Shown here: piece by piece, positions 48,136-57,899 of the stretch | Layout: each line of letters begins with the position of its first letter | How positions within the stretch are numbered: the first letter of the stretch is position 1 | DNA from: Blastocatellia bacterium | Lineage (GTDB): Bacteria > Acidobacteriota > Blastocatellia > HR10 > J050 | Assembly: GCA_026985075.1 (NCBI GenBank) | Contig: JALSQX010000005.1 | Span: 21,417-85,416, forward strand | DNA: 64,000 bases | Direction of reading: 5' to 3' | Program-made: the position numbers and the translations under genes | Notes under the pieces: model-generated | Databases searched by the model: none | What the model was told of the DNA's origin: nothing | Seen by the model: only the letters and a program-made list of their open reading frames with translations

Positions 48136-50577
48136 ATGAGGACGAATAATACTCGCGCTCAACACACATCGTTTCTGCGAGCTCTCCTGATCGTCGGATT
48201 CATAGGATGGATGATTATGATGGCCTGGGGCGCTGTGGACCGGGTCATCGCCCAGGGCCCCAGAACCTATTATGTGGATGCGACGGGCGGTGACGATGCC
48301 CATGATGGGCTCTCGCCAGGGACGGCGTGGCGCACGATGGACAAAGTCAATCATACGCACTTTCGACCGGGCGATCGCATCCTCTTCAAGCGTGGCGAAA
48401 TATGGTACGACACGCTGGAAGTCAATAGTAGCGGGCAGCCCGGCAATCCCATCACGTTCGGTGCTTATGGTGATGGACCACGTCCGGTCATCGATGGCCA
48501 GTTCCGCTTGAGTCGGGCCGTTCAGATTTATGATCAGAGCTTCGTAGTCATCGAATCTCTCGAACTTCGTAATTGCACCGGTAGCGGGCTCTGGACCGGT
48601 GGCCAGATTTCCGATCTGACGTTTCGCGATCTGAATGTCCATCACAACGATTCCAATGGAATCTTTCTGGATCACGCCAACAATGTGATCATCGAAAATT
48701 GCGAGATTCACGATCAATCAGGATTGACCGATCCGTCACTCTTGGGGGCTGGGATCGATGTCTTGGGCGGGACGGGCATCTTGGAGATTCGCTACTGTCA
48801 GATCTACAATAATGCCACCCATGGGATTTATCACGAGACGCCGGGGGCGCACATTCATCACAATACCATCTATGGCAATGGGGTGGGCAATGCGAGCTTC
48901 GCCCAGCATGGCATCTACTCCAATGCGAATAACACCATCGTGGAATACAACGAAATTTTCGACAATTACACCACCGGTATCTCCATGCGCGAGAGCGGGG
49001 GCATTTGTCAATACAACACGTGTTACAATAATGGATTCGCCCAGATCCACTACTCGCAGCCCGATGAACAGGTGGACATTTCCGATACGGAGTTTCGATT
49101 CAACGTGTGTTGGACGACGCGAGATACGAGCTATGGATTTTCCGGCACCAATATGAACGGAGTTCGTTTGTTCAACAATACGTTCTATTGCGATACGCCC
49201 GGATGGACAGCGGCCGTGGAGATCCCTGAGAATTGCCGCAGCGTGACATTGAAGAACAACATCCTGTACGTCACGCATCAATGGGCTGTCAGCCTGTTCG
49301 TGGTGAGCGGTGCTCAGGGCGTTGTGGAGGATTACAACTTATTGCAACGGGAGGATCGCCGTTCCGATGACGCCCACGTCAATTGGCAGGGAGGACTCTA
49401 TACCTTGGCCGAGTATCAACATCTCTCTGGTCAGGGCGCTCATTCCATGGAGGGAGACCCTCGCTTCGTAGATCCACAGTTACGCGATTTCTCGCTTCGG
49501 CCGGACAGCCCGTGCATTGATGCGGGCATCGATGTGGGATTGCCGTATCAGGGGAATGCCCCCGATATTGGGGGCATTGAGTCGGATCTGGCTTCCCCGC
49601 CTGATCCGTCAGAACCCGATCTGGTGATCCAGGCTTTGACGGTGTCACCGTCGGCGGCGTTTCCAGGAGATTCGGTGACCGTCTCGTTCACCGTGGCGAA
49701 TATCGGTGAAGGAACGGCGCCCTCGTCGTGGGTCCGTGTCGTCTTCTCGCCGGACGCCGATGTCACGGCCGATGATGTCTCATTGACCAATTTGGTCATC
49801 GAGGAGTTGCCCAGCCAGGGGTCGCAGAGCTTCACGACGTCGGTCAATATCCCCACCCAAGCGGCTCCGGGCATCGCGTTCATCGGCGTGATCGCCGACG
49901 TGACCGGGAGCGTTCAGGAAGCTGATGAGGGGAATAATACGGCGAGTGCACCGCTCACCATCAACAACGATTCCTCCATCACCGTTGTGACGCCCAATGG
50001 AGGGGAGGTATGGGGGATGGGAGAGGTGGTGACCATCACCTGGGAGTCGGTGGGATTGGGTGATGGGTTGAAGATTGAGTTATCGCGGGATGGGGGGCAG
50101 ACGTATGAGACGTTGTATGCCAACACGGACAACGATGGAGTGCAGGAGTGGTGGGTGAACGGGGAGCCGACCACGGCGGCGGTGATTCGGATATCCAGCA
50201 ATGAGGATCCGTCGGTGGTCGATACCAGCGATGGGGTGTTCAGCATCGTGGAGACCTCGCCGCCACCTCCACCACCCCCCTCGGAGGCCTCCATCACCGT
50301 TGTGACGCCCAATGGAGGGGAGACGTGGCTGATTGGTCACCTGCAGACGATCCGATGGACGTCGACCGGCATCACGGGAAATGTGCGCATCAAGCTCTTG
50401 TATCGTGATGGGCGTCGCTCTCGTATTCTCTTCAGAAGCGTGCCTAATACCGGTTCCGTGCAGTGGATGGTGAAAGGTCCGGCCTCATCACAGTGTCAGA
50501 TCGAAATCATCAGCTTGGAAGATCGGACCGTTCGAGATCGGAGTGATGGATCGTTCACCATTGCCAGATCGCCGTGA
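48136..50577 (+). CDS. Secreted right-handed beta-helix (pectin-lyase-like) protein with CARDB domain and two Ig-like PNGGE modules
   Basis: TYYVDATGGDD...GLSP.TAW.T, PGDRILFKRG, Asn-rich repeats, DPRF...SPCIDAG...PDIG, PDLVI...EADEGNN, two TPNGGE modules. Confidence 0.85.
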   Translation: MRTNNTRAQHTSFLRALLIVGFIGWMIMMAWGAVDRVIAQGPRTYYVDATGGDDAHDGLSPGTAWRTMDKVNHTHFRPGDRILFKRGEIWYDTLEVNSSGQPGNPITFGAYGDGPRPVIDGQFRLSRAVQIYDQSFVVIESLELRNCTGSGLWTGGQISDLTFRDLNVHHNDSNGIFLDHANNVIIENCEIHDQSGLTDPSLLGAGIDVLGGTGILEIRYCQIYNNATHGIYHETPGAHIHHNTIYGNGVGNASFAQHGIYSNANNTIVEYNEIFDNYTTGISMRESGGICQYNTCYNNGFAQIHYSQPDEQVDISDTEFRFNVCWTTRDTSYGFSGTNMNGVRLFNNTFYCDTPGWTAAVEIPENCRSVTLKNNILYVTHQWAVSLFVVSGAQGVVEDYNLLQREDRRSDDAHVNWQGGLYTLAEYQHLSGQGAHSMEGDPRFVDPQLRDFSLRPDSPCIDAGIDVGLPYQGNAPDIGGIESDLASPPDPSEPDLVIQALTVSPSAAFPGDSVTVSFTVANIGEGTAPSSWVRVVFSPDADVTADDVSLTNLVIEELPSQGSQSFTTSVNIPTQAAPGIAFIGVIADVTGSVQEADEGNNTASAPLTINNDSSITVVTPNGGEVWGMGEVVTITWESVGLGDGLKIELSRDGGQTYETLYANTDNDGVQEWWVNGEPTTAAVIRISSNEDPSVVDTSDGVFSIVETSPPPPPPPSEASITVVTPNGGETWLIGHLQTIRWTSTGITGNVRIKLLYRDGRRSRILFRSVPNTGSVQWMVKGPASSQCQIEIISLEDRTVRDRSDGSFTIARSP
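49973..50322 (+). repeat. 35-bp perfect direct repeat at the starts of the two PNGGE modules
   Basis: CCTCCATCACCGTTGTGACGCCCAATGGAGGGGAG at 49973-50007 and 50288-50322. Confidence 0.85.
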
Positions 50578-50781
50578 AACGGCATGCTGTAGCGAGATGC
50601 GCTCAAGGGTCGGACCCGATGGTCAGACGCCCAAACGGTTTCATTTTTGAAAGAGGTTTTACACGATTGAAACTTTGGAGGTGAATCGAAGCTCGGCTGA
50701 GTCGCAGTGGTGAAGCAACAACTCCTACGGGCACAGTGCCTTCGGCGCTAGTGGTCTGGACGTCCTGGAGACTCCACTGTT

Positions 50782-50796
50782 TGGCACAGCGCTTGC
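50782..50796 (+). promoter_or_regulatory. sigma54 promoter
   Basis: TGGCAC-AGCGC-TTGC upstream of the histidine kinase. Confidence 0.75.
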
Positions 50797-51006
50797 GCAG
50801 GGAAGATGGGGGAGTTGTGGAGTGATGAGGGAACGAGCGCGTCTGACAAAAAGAGCGCTGGCCAGCAGGATGCCATGGTCCGGCCGATGCGAGACAGGAT
50901 GGAGCATCCGGTCCGAGCCGATGTCAGTTGACATCTGTTCGCTTGCTCGGTCTCATGGGGTTAAGGTAACATTGCATCCGTCTCCGCCAGAGAGAAGGAG
51001 TCGAGC

Positions 51007-53151
51007 ATGATGGTGACGAAGTCGGAACCTCGCATACTCATCGTGGACGATGAACCATTGGTCCGTCGCACGCTGGCGGAGATCATCCGCAATGGTGGAT
51101 TCTCGGCGACGGCGGTGAGTCGAGGCAAAGAGGCGATTGGCGAGATACAGCGTCAGTTCTATCACCTCGTCCTATTAGATTTGAACCTCCCGGATATGAG
51201 TGGGCTCGATGTGGTGAAGCACATCAAGCACCACTCTCCCAAAACGGAAATCGTCATCATCACCGGATATGCCTCACTGAAGACGGCGATTGAGGCGCTC
51301 GAGCGCGGCGTCATGGCGTACGTGGAGAAGCCCGTTCGCCCCAATCAATTAATCGCCACCATCAACAGCGTTCTGGAGAAGCAGCGGTTGAAGTTCGAAA
51401 ACGAACGCATGCTTCGCCAACTCTCGGCCTTGCTCTATTTCGCTCAGGACATCACTTCCGAACTGGAACTCGACGAATTGCTCCGGCGCATTGTCATCCG
51501 GGCGACGGAATTGACCAATGCCGAGAAGGGGTTCATCGCCCTTCGAGAGGGTGATGTCCTCCAACTTCGCCAGTACTGGGATGGTCGATGCTGGGTTGAT
51601 CTGGAAATGGCGTGGAAGCGCGGCGAAGGGATTCCCGGGCAGGTGTGGGTGACGGAGCATCCATATATGTATACGAAGTCCGATCCAGATCCGCTGGTCA
51701 CCCCATCTGTCCTCTCCGCATTTCAGCTCGAGGCCTGTCTCTGCTCGCCCATTACGGATACGATGGGGCGCTTCATCGGCGTGTTGCAAGTCATCAATAA
51801 GGTGGGTGATGAGCCATTCACGCTCGATGACTTGTCGATGCTCCAAGCGCTCAGTCGTCAGGCGGCCATCGCCATCGAGAATGCCCGGCTCTACGAGCGG
51901 CAAAAAGAAGAGGCCGAGATCTCCACTTCGCTCCTTCGCGTCGCCGAGAGCATCAGTCAATTCACCAACCTGGATGAGCTCCTCGGCATGGCCTCGAAAA
52001 TCGTCCCCGGCCTTCTGGGGTGTGATCAGTTCGGTCTCTTTTTGCTCGATCGGGCGAAGAACATATTTTATGGGGCCAAGGCCCGCGGTTCATCGGCCGA
52101 GCAAGAAGCGGCGTTCTGTGCCTTGAAATTCAGGCGAGGGAAGGCCGGGATTTTGGACGAAGTCACCGAGCGACGGGAAGCCATGGTGTTGGAGGATGTC
52201 GCTCGAGAGCAGGCGATCGATCCCTCCTATGTGCGCCAGTTGAACCTGCGTTCGTGCCTGCTGGTCCCTCTCATCGCCAAGGGAGACGTCGTCGGCGTGA
52301 TGGGCGTAGGGTATTCGATGGGTCCTCATCGATTCACCGCTCGCGACATCAAGATTGCCACCGGAGTCGCTCATCAATTGGCTGTGGCCATTGAGAATGC
52401 CAATCTATTCGCCGAAGTCTCGTCGCATAAAGCGGCGCTTCAGCGTCTCTCCATGCGGTTGGCCAATGTCCTAGAGGAAGAGCGCGCGCGGATATCGCGG
52501 GAACTGCATGACGGGGTGGGGCAAGTACTCTCCGGCATGCTCATTGGCATGGACGTCTTGGAGGAGAAGGTCCCCCCGTCGCTTGGCGAAATCAAAGAAG
52601 GATTGAAGCAGATGAAGATGTTAACGGAGAAGACGCTCGACGAACTGCGGCGACTCTCTCACGATTTGCGGCCGTCGCTCCTTGATGATCTGGGACTCCT
52701 CGACGCGCTCCAGTGGTTGGGAGACTATCTGGCCGAACGATGCGGATGGACGGTGAACCTGATCGTCGACGAGGACTTTCCTCGATTGCCGACGGAGATC
52801 GAGACGGCCCTGTTCCGCATCAGCCAGGAGGCGCTGAATAATATCCGCGCCCACGCCAATGCTTCCACGGTGACGCTTCGCCTCCATCGCCAGGACGATA
52901 TCATTCAACTGGAAATCAGCGATGACGGTCGCGGGTTCGATCCCGCCGCGCTGGATGGCGCGCATCGGGGGTTGGGGTTGCTCTCGATGCGAGAGCGCGC
53001 CACCGCATTGGGAGGAGAGGCGTTCATCGAATCAGAGGTCGGGAAGGGGACGACAATCAAGATCATCGTCCCATGGCCGAATTCTCCTCGGCCTCCCGCA
53101 CCCGTCTCCGTCGAGGAGACTCCCTATGTGGCCGAAAAGCAGGGATCGTGA
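51007..53151 (+). CDS. Cytoplasmic hybrid histidine kinase REC-GAF-GAF-HisKA_3-HATPase
   Basis: ILIVDDE...LLDLNLPD; two AIENA.L GAF ends; EERARISRELHDGVGQ; QEALNN, DDGRGF, GLGLLSMRER. Confidence 0.93.
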   Translation: MMVTKSEPRILIVDDEPLVRRTLAEIIRNGGFSATAVSRGKEAIGEIQRQFYHLVLLDLNLPDMSGLDVVKHIKHHSPKTEIVIITGYASLKTAIEALERGVMAYVEKPVRPNQLIATINSVLEKQRLKFENERMLRQLSALLYFAQDITSELELDELLRRIVIRATELTNAEKGFIALREGDVLQLRQYWDGRCWVDLEMAWKRGEGIPGQVWVTEHPYMYTKSDPDPLVTPSVLSAFQLEACLCSPITDTMGRFIGVLQVINKVGDEPFTLDDLSMLQALSRQAAIAIENARLYERQKEEAEISTSLLRVAESISQFTNLDELLGMASKIVPGLLGCDQFGLFLLDRAKNIFYGAKARGSSAEQEAAFCALKFRRGKAGILDEVTERREAMVLEDVAREQAIDPSYVRQLNLRSCLLVPLIAKGDVVGVMGVGYSMGPHRFTARDIKIATGVAHQLAVAIENANLFAEVSSHKAALQRLSMRLANVLEEERARISRELHDGVGQVLSGMLIGMDVLEEKVPPSLGEIKEGLKQMKMLTEKTLDELRRLSHDLRPSLLDDLGLLDALQWLGDYLAERCGWTVNLIVDEDFPRLPTEIETALFRISQEALNNIRAHANASTVTLRLHRQDDIIQLEISDDGRGFDPAALDGAHRGLGLLSMRERATALGGEAFIESEVGKGTTIKIIVPWPNSPRPPAPVSVEETPYVAEKQGS

Positions 53152-53222
53152 GGATGCAGTCAAGAAGCCTGACCGGGTGGCGACGGTTGGGTGGAGGATC
53201 AGAACCGTTCGAGGAGTGATCC

Positions 53223-53903
53223 ATGAGTGCGACCATTGGACGAGATACGGTGAGAATCTTGCTGGCTGACGATCACATCATTGTCTGTGATGCCTTGGCC
53301 AGTTTGCTGGAGGCGGATCCTCGATTCAAGGTCGTCGGCCAGGCTCACAGTGGTCTGGAAGCGCTGGAGAAGATCGAACAACTGCGGCCGGACATCATCG
53401 TCGTTGATATTGGCATGCCCGGGCTGAATGGCATCGAGGTGATCAAGCGGGTGAAAAAGAAAGACGCGCATATTAAGGCCATCGTCCTGTCCATGCACAA
53501 GGATGAAGCCTACATATACTGGGCACTCCGCGCCGGGGCTTCCGGATATGTTCTCAAGCAAAGTGCGGCCCGCGAACTGGTCGATGCGATCTCCCAGGTT
53601 CGACTGGGCAACACCTACTTGAGCCCTTCCATTTCTAACACGGTGATCAAAGGCTATCTGAGGCGACCTCAGGCGGCCGATGCAGCCCCTGATCCCTTGA
53701 CGTTGCTGACCGACCGCGAACGAGAGATTCTCCAACTGGTCGCCGAAGGACTGACCAGTAAGGAGATCGCCCAGAAACTCAATCTGAGCACCCGCACCAT
53801 TGATGCTCACCGGGCCAATATCATGAACAAGTTGAATATCCACACTACTCCCGGGTTGGTGAAATTCGCCATTCGGCACCGATTGACCACGCTGGACGAT
53901 TGA
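53223..53903 (+). CDS. NarL/LuxR family response regulator
   Basis: LADDH, VDIGMP, LTDREREILQLVAEG, HRANIMNKL. Confidence 0.95.
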   Translation: MSATIGRDTVRILLADDHIIVCDALASLLEADPRFKVVGQAHSGLEALEKIEQLRPDIIVVDIGMPGLNGIEVIKRVKKKDAHIKAIVLSMHKDEAYIYWALRAGASGYVLKQSAARELVDAISQVRLGNTYLSPSISNTVIKGYLRRPQAADAAPDPLTLLTDREREILQLVAEGLTSKEIAQKLNLSTRTIDAHRANIMNKLNIHTTPGLVKFAIRHRLTTLDD

Positions 53904-54252
53904 GAGGGAAGTCTCCCATACGCGCCGGGTGAAGCTCGGGCGGGGCTGTGTACGGGAGCGGGGAGTCCTCTTCACTCCATCAACTTTGAAAGAGCGCCAT
54001 ATTGATTCCTCCTGGCGAAGCTCGGGGAATCTCCTCGCCGGTGTCCCCCGGGTTCTGCCCGAGGGGCAAGGGAATTGTGGGTGTCTCTCAAGCGCGAACA
54101 GAGAATGTCTGCGTCCGCGTCTCCTGGATTCAGCTCGTCGGCCTTCACTTCGGTCGGTCTCTCGATGGTTCTTTTGGGGGCCTGCGAGAGCCGCTCGTCA
54201 GATGCGGTTCGCCGTCGCCGGCCGAGACGAATCGCTCCGGTGAGAGTCCCCT

Positions 54253-55683
54253 TCAGGCGAGTTTCGCCGCACGGTGAGCGCTCGCCCTTCGAGGCCGGAA
54301 TTGATCGGGGTTGATATGATACCGCTTCATTTTCTGATAGAGATGCCCTTCGAACATTCCCGTGGCTCGAGCCGTCTGCGCCACGTTGCCACGGTGCAGG
54401 GACAAGTGGTGAAGAATGTATTGGCGCTCGAAATCGCCAAGAAATCGCTCCTTGGCAACCTTGAAGGGCGCGTTGAAATCTGGTGTCGAGGGGAAAGCCT
54501 CTCGCATGAGTTGCCGGGATGGGTGGAGTTCGTCAGGCAGGTGCTCGGGGCACACTTCGCCGTCATCGCACATGATGACGGCTCGCTCGATCGCGTTCTG
54601 CAGTTCTCTGACATTGCCCGGCCAGTCGTGTCGTTCCAGAAGCTGAAGAGCTTCTGGGGAGAGCCGAGGGGCTGGCCGGTTCAGTCGCTGTGAACATTTC
54701 TGGAGGAAAAAGTGGACCAGAGCAGGGATATCATCTTTTCGCTCCCGGAGGGGCGGCAGATGGAGGTGGACGACATTCAGTCGGTAATACAAATCGGCGC
54801 GAAATCGCCCCGCGCGCACGGCATCGGAGAGATTTTGATTGGTGGCGGCCAGCACGCGGACATCGGTGTGGTAGACGCGCGTGTCTCCCACGCGGTTGTA
54901 TTCTCCTTGTTGGAGCACGCGCAACAGCTTCAGTTGGAAGGTGGGACTGACGTCTCCAATCTCGTCCAGGAAGATCGTCCCTCCATTGGCGATCTCGAAG
55001 AAGCCGGGCTTGGCCTGATCAGCCCCCGTGAATGCGCCACGGGCGTGGCCAAACAACTCTGACTCCAGCAACGTCTCGGACAGAGCGGCACAGTTGACGA
55101 CGACAAACGGGCGACTGGCGCGCCGACTCAGTCGATGAATCTCTTGTGCCAGCAGCTCCTTTCCCGTGCCCGTCTCTCCTGTGATGAGGATAGTCGTATC
55201 GGTTCGAGCCGCTTTGGCGGCCATGGTGAGAATCGACTGGAAAGCGGGGTTCTGCGTGATGATCGTCGGCATGGAGGGACTCTGGCGCCAGGAGAGCGGA
55301 GGGGATGAGGGAGGCAAGCGCTCGCTCAGCGCGCGGTCCAGACAGCGTATGAGCTCATGCTCCGCAAACGGTTTGATGATCAGTTGAGAGGCCCCATGTT
55401 CGATGACTTCGCTGAGCACTTTCACCGGCGTCTCCTCGGCGGCAATCACCAAGGCGCTCATCCGCAGTAGCTCGCGCACAATCCGGTTCGCGCAGTCGTG
55501 ATTCGAGATACCCCGAGGCCCAATCTCGGTGATCGTGGTAATGATGGGATGACGTTGAATCTGTTCCATCGCGCTCGTCGCCGTCTCGGCGATGAGAACG
55601 CGATACCCGCGGTGGGTCAAGGTCCTGAATAATAGGTTTTGGATCTCTCGATCTTGAGTGACTAGCAGAATCGTCCCACTCAT
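54253..55683 (-). CDS. sigma54-dependent enhancer-binding protein with degenerate receiver domain
   Basis: GETGTGKE, ESELFGH, GAFTGA, FLDEIG, RADLYYRLNV, WPGNVREL, Fis-HTH; REC reads LLVTQD and ITEIG. Confidence 0.93.
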   Translation of the reverse strand: MSGTILLVTQDREIQNLLFRTLTHRGYRVLIAETATSAMEQIQRHPIITTITEIGPRGISNHDCANRIVRELLRMSALVIAAEETPVKVLSEVIEHGASQLIIKPFAEHELIRCLDRALSERLPPSSPPLSWRQSPSMPTIITQNPAFQSILTMAAKAARTDTTILITGETGTGKELLAQEIHRLSRRASRPFVVVNCAALSETLLESELFGHARGAFTGADQAKPGFFEIANGGTIFLDEIGDVSPTFQLKLLRVLQQGEYNRVGDTRVYHTDVRVLAATNQNLSDAVRAGRFRADLYYRLNVVHLHLPPLRERKDDIPALVHFFLQKCSQRLNRPAPRLSPEALQLLERHDWPGNVRELQNAIERAVIMCDDGEVCPEHLPDELHPSRQLMREAFPSTPDFNAPFKVAKERFLGDFERQYILHHLSLHRGNVAQTARATGMFEGHLYQKMKRYHINPDQFRPRRASAHRAAKLA

Positions 55684-56192
55684 CGACCCTCCCTCTCTTG
55701 ATGAAGAAAGGCAAGTTGCTTCGGGATGACCCCGGAAGCCCCTTGCCTGAGTTTACCGCCCAGCTCGTGGAGGCGAGCTGGGCCAAGCCCTGTCTTTCTT
55801 GTTCTTATCTCTGCTCAACCCTGCGTTCATGAGTGTCTCTAGTTTCTCTCCCGAATGCGCCACAGATGATATTGTCTCACAGATGGCGATAAACACAATT
55901 GGTGAGATCACCTAACCGAGTGAGTATTTTTACTGAATACGGAATGAGGAAATTACCTACAGACGCCCTCTCCTCTCATCTCGTAGAGGAACGTCCTCTC
56001 TTTTTTTGCAGTGATGCTAACTGACGATTTGCGGGTGAATTAAGCTCGCGCCGGCCACATCATCGAGGCTGGCGATCCTCTAAAAAAGTGGAGGATTCCG
56101 AATCCCGCTGACTCCCGCGAATGACCCCTTATTCCAGGCAACCTTATCGAAACACGAGGCTTACGTGTGCCGCCCAGATACCTCATGAGAGC

Positions 56193-56208
56193 CGGCATGC
56201 CGCTTGCA
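56193..56208 (+). promoter_or_regulatory. sigma54 promoter at the head of the zinc-ribbon/EPS genes
   Basis: CGGCAT-GCCGC-TTGCA with correct GG-N10-GC spacing, divergent from the enhancer-binding protein gene. Confidence 0.65.
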
Positions 56209-56338
56209 ATGGCCTTCCCGTGCGGAAACGCAACCGCGATTGCGGAGATTCAAACGAAGGTCCCACCGAGCGTCTCTGCATGCTCGGTGGGGCTCAACTC
56301 GGCAAGGACTCAGACACGCTTCTGTGGAGAGCGAGATT

Positions 56339-56587
56339 ATGAAACAGATATTTGAGTCACTCACTGCATCAGGATGGATGAGTGCGACAGAGACATACTA
56401 CACGTGCCCACGCTGTGATTATTTCTCGAACGCTAGACTCCAGGAGAACTATTGCTCGAACTGTGGGGCCCGGTTGCTGACCGAGTGCTCCCGCTGCCGA
56501 GGAGCGATCTCGAATCCTTATGCCAAGTTCTGCTCAAGCTGTGGGGGCCGACTCAAAGAGGCCGCCGCGATCACGGAACAGCGTTAG
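56339..56587 (+). CDS. Small double zinc ribbon protein
   Basis: Four CxxC motifs (CPRC, CSNCG, CSRC, FCSSCG); start at 56339 or 56378. Confidence 0.75.
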   Translation: MKQIFESLTASGWMSATETYYTCPRCDYFSNARLQENYCSNCGARLLTECSRCRGAISNPYAKFCSSCGGRLKEAAAITEQR

Positions 56588-57158
56588 GCCCGTCGATTGC
56601 GTGAGTTCGACGGAAACGGAATGGGAGAGCGATGCCGAGCAGTGATCGCAAATGGGTGTGCCAGTGGGTAGAGGATGAACGGAAGAGAGCGATGAGACGA
56701 GAACCACTCATGGACACCACGAATCGTTGGCCCAGGCGCTGCGGGTGGACGTCGCCATCCGGGAGGGATTCCGTGAACGCGAATGGGCGGTTCCTCAGCA
56801 GGTCTGGGTTGGAGGCGAGGGAGTGGCTTGTGGATCGTCTCTGGGAGCATGTCGACGGTTCATTCTCCAGGCGCTCTCGCGCTCGAGCGATGGAACGGGG
56901 AGCGTACATCCCCGCCCGCGTCGTGCGGGGAGAAGATCCGGTTCGGCGACGGTGGCTACGCCCACAACCGTCCATCCTCGATATTCTCGCCGGTCGGCCA
57001 ACGAATGTGGTTGGCGGGCGATCGGCCCTAGCGGGCGATTGTGGGGAGCGGGTTGAGCGACCGTTTGTGACGTGCCCGTGAGCGGTGGACGGTCGCACTG
57101 AGAGGCGGAGCCGGAAGGCGACGCCGCTCATTCACCATGACGGTGGAGGAACAGCATC

Positions 57159-57893
57159 ATGCGACGAAAAACGGTTGAAAAACCGGGACGGCGGCAGCCT
57201 GCCCGATTCGGGATTCTCGTTCTGTTGTGGCTTACATGCGGCCTGGTCGGATGGGCTCAAGATGCGCCTCAACCCCGGGAGGGAATTCCCGCCGCCAGCG
57301 CTCCCGAGCTCGTTCATCCTGCCGGATATCGATTGCATCTCGGCGACAAGATCGAGATCCGATTCTTTTACCAACCGGAATTGAACCAGGAAACAATCAT
57401 CAAGCCCGATGGGAGGATCTCTCTGCAATTGATCGGCGAAGTGAACGCTGTTGGACTGACCACCGGTGAGCTGGAACGGCGATTGACCGAACTCTATGCC
57501 GATATCCTCGTGGATCCGGTGATCTCTGTGATTCTCAAGGAGTACGTGAAACCGCGCGTGTTCATCAGTGGTGAAGTGACCAGGCCCGGTCCCTATGAGT
57601 TGCGCCAGGGAGAGACATTAGCTCAGGCCCTGGCCCTGGCCGGTGGATTCACTCCTCGGGCGCACCGTAAGGTGGTCATTCATGCTCGACCCATGGGCGA
57701 GGGGCAATTGCGGGTGACGGTCATCGATGCCACCAAGCTCTTCGGGCGCCATCCCGACCCCGAATTGAATCTCGCCTTGAAGGATGGCGATCTCATCTAC
57801 GTGCCGGAATCCAAGCTGAGCCGATTGAGCAAGATCCTCAGCGCCCTGCGCATTCAAACATTCGGGCTGTTCACCGATCCCTTCCGAAGGTGA
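57159..57893 (+). CDS. Polysaccharide export (OPX/Wza-like) protein with SLBB domain
   Basis: YRLHLGDKIEI, PDGRISLQLIGEV, GEVTRPG, ALALAGGFT, GDLIYVP. Confidence 0.9.
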   Translation: MRRKTVEKPGRRQPARFGILVLLWLTCGLVGWAQDAPQPREGIPAASAPELVHPAGYRLHLGDKIEIRFFYQPELNQETIIKPDGRISLQLIGEVNAVGLTTGELERRLTELYADILVDPVISVILKEYVKPRVFISGEVTRPGPYELRQGETLAQALALAGGFTPRAHRKVVIHARPMGEGQLRVTVIDATKLFGRHPDPELNLALKDGDLIYVPESKLSRLSKILSALRIQTFGLFTDPFRR

Positions 57894-57899
57894 ACCGTC

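Noticed and set aside
56648..56663. TGGCAC...TTTGC on the minus strand resembling a sigma54 promoter
   Set aside because: GG-to-GC spacing is 11 rather than the required 10 nt
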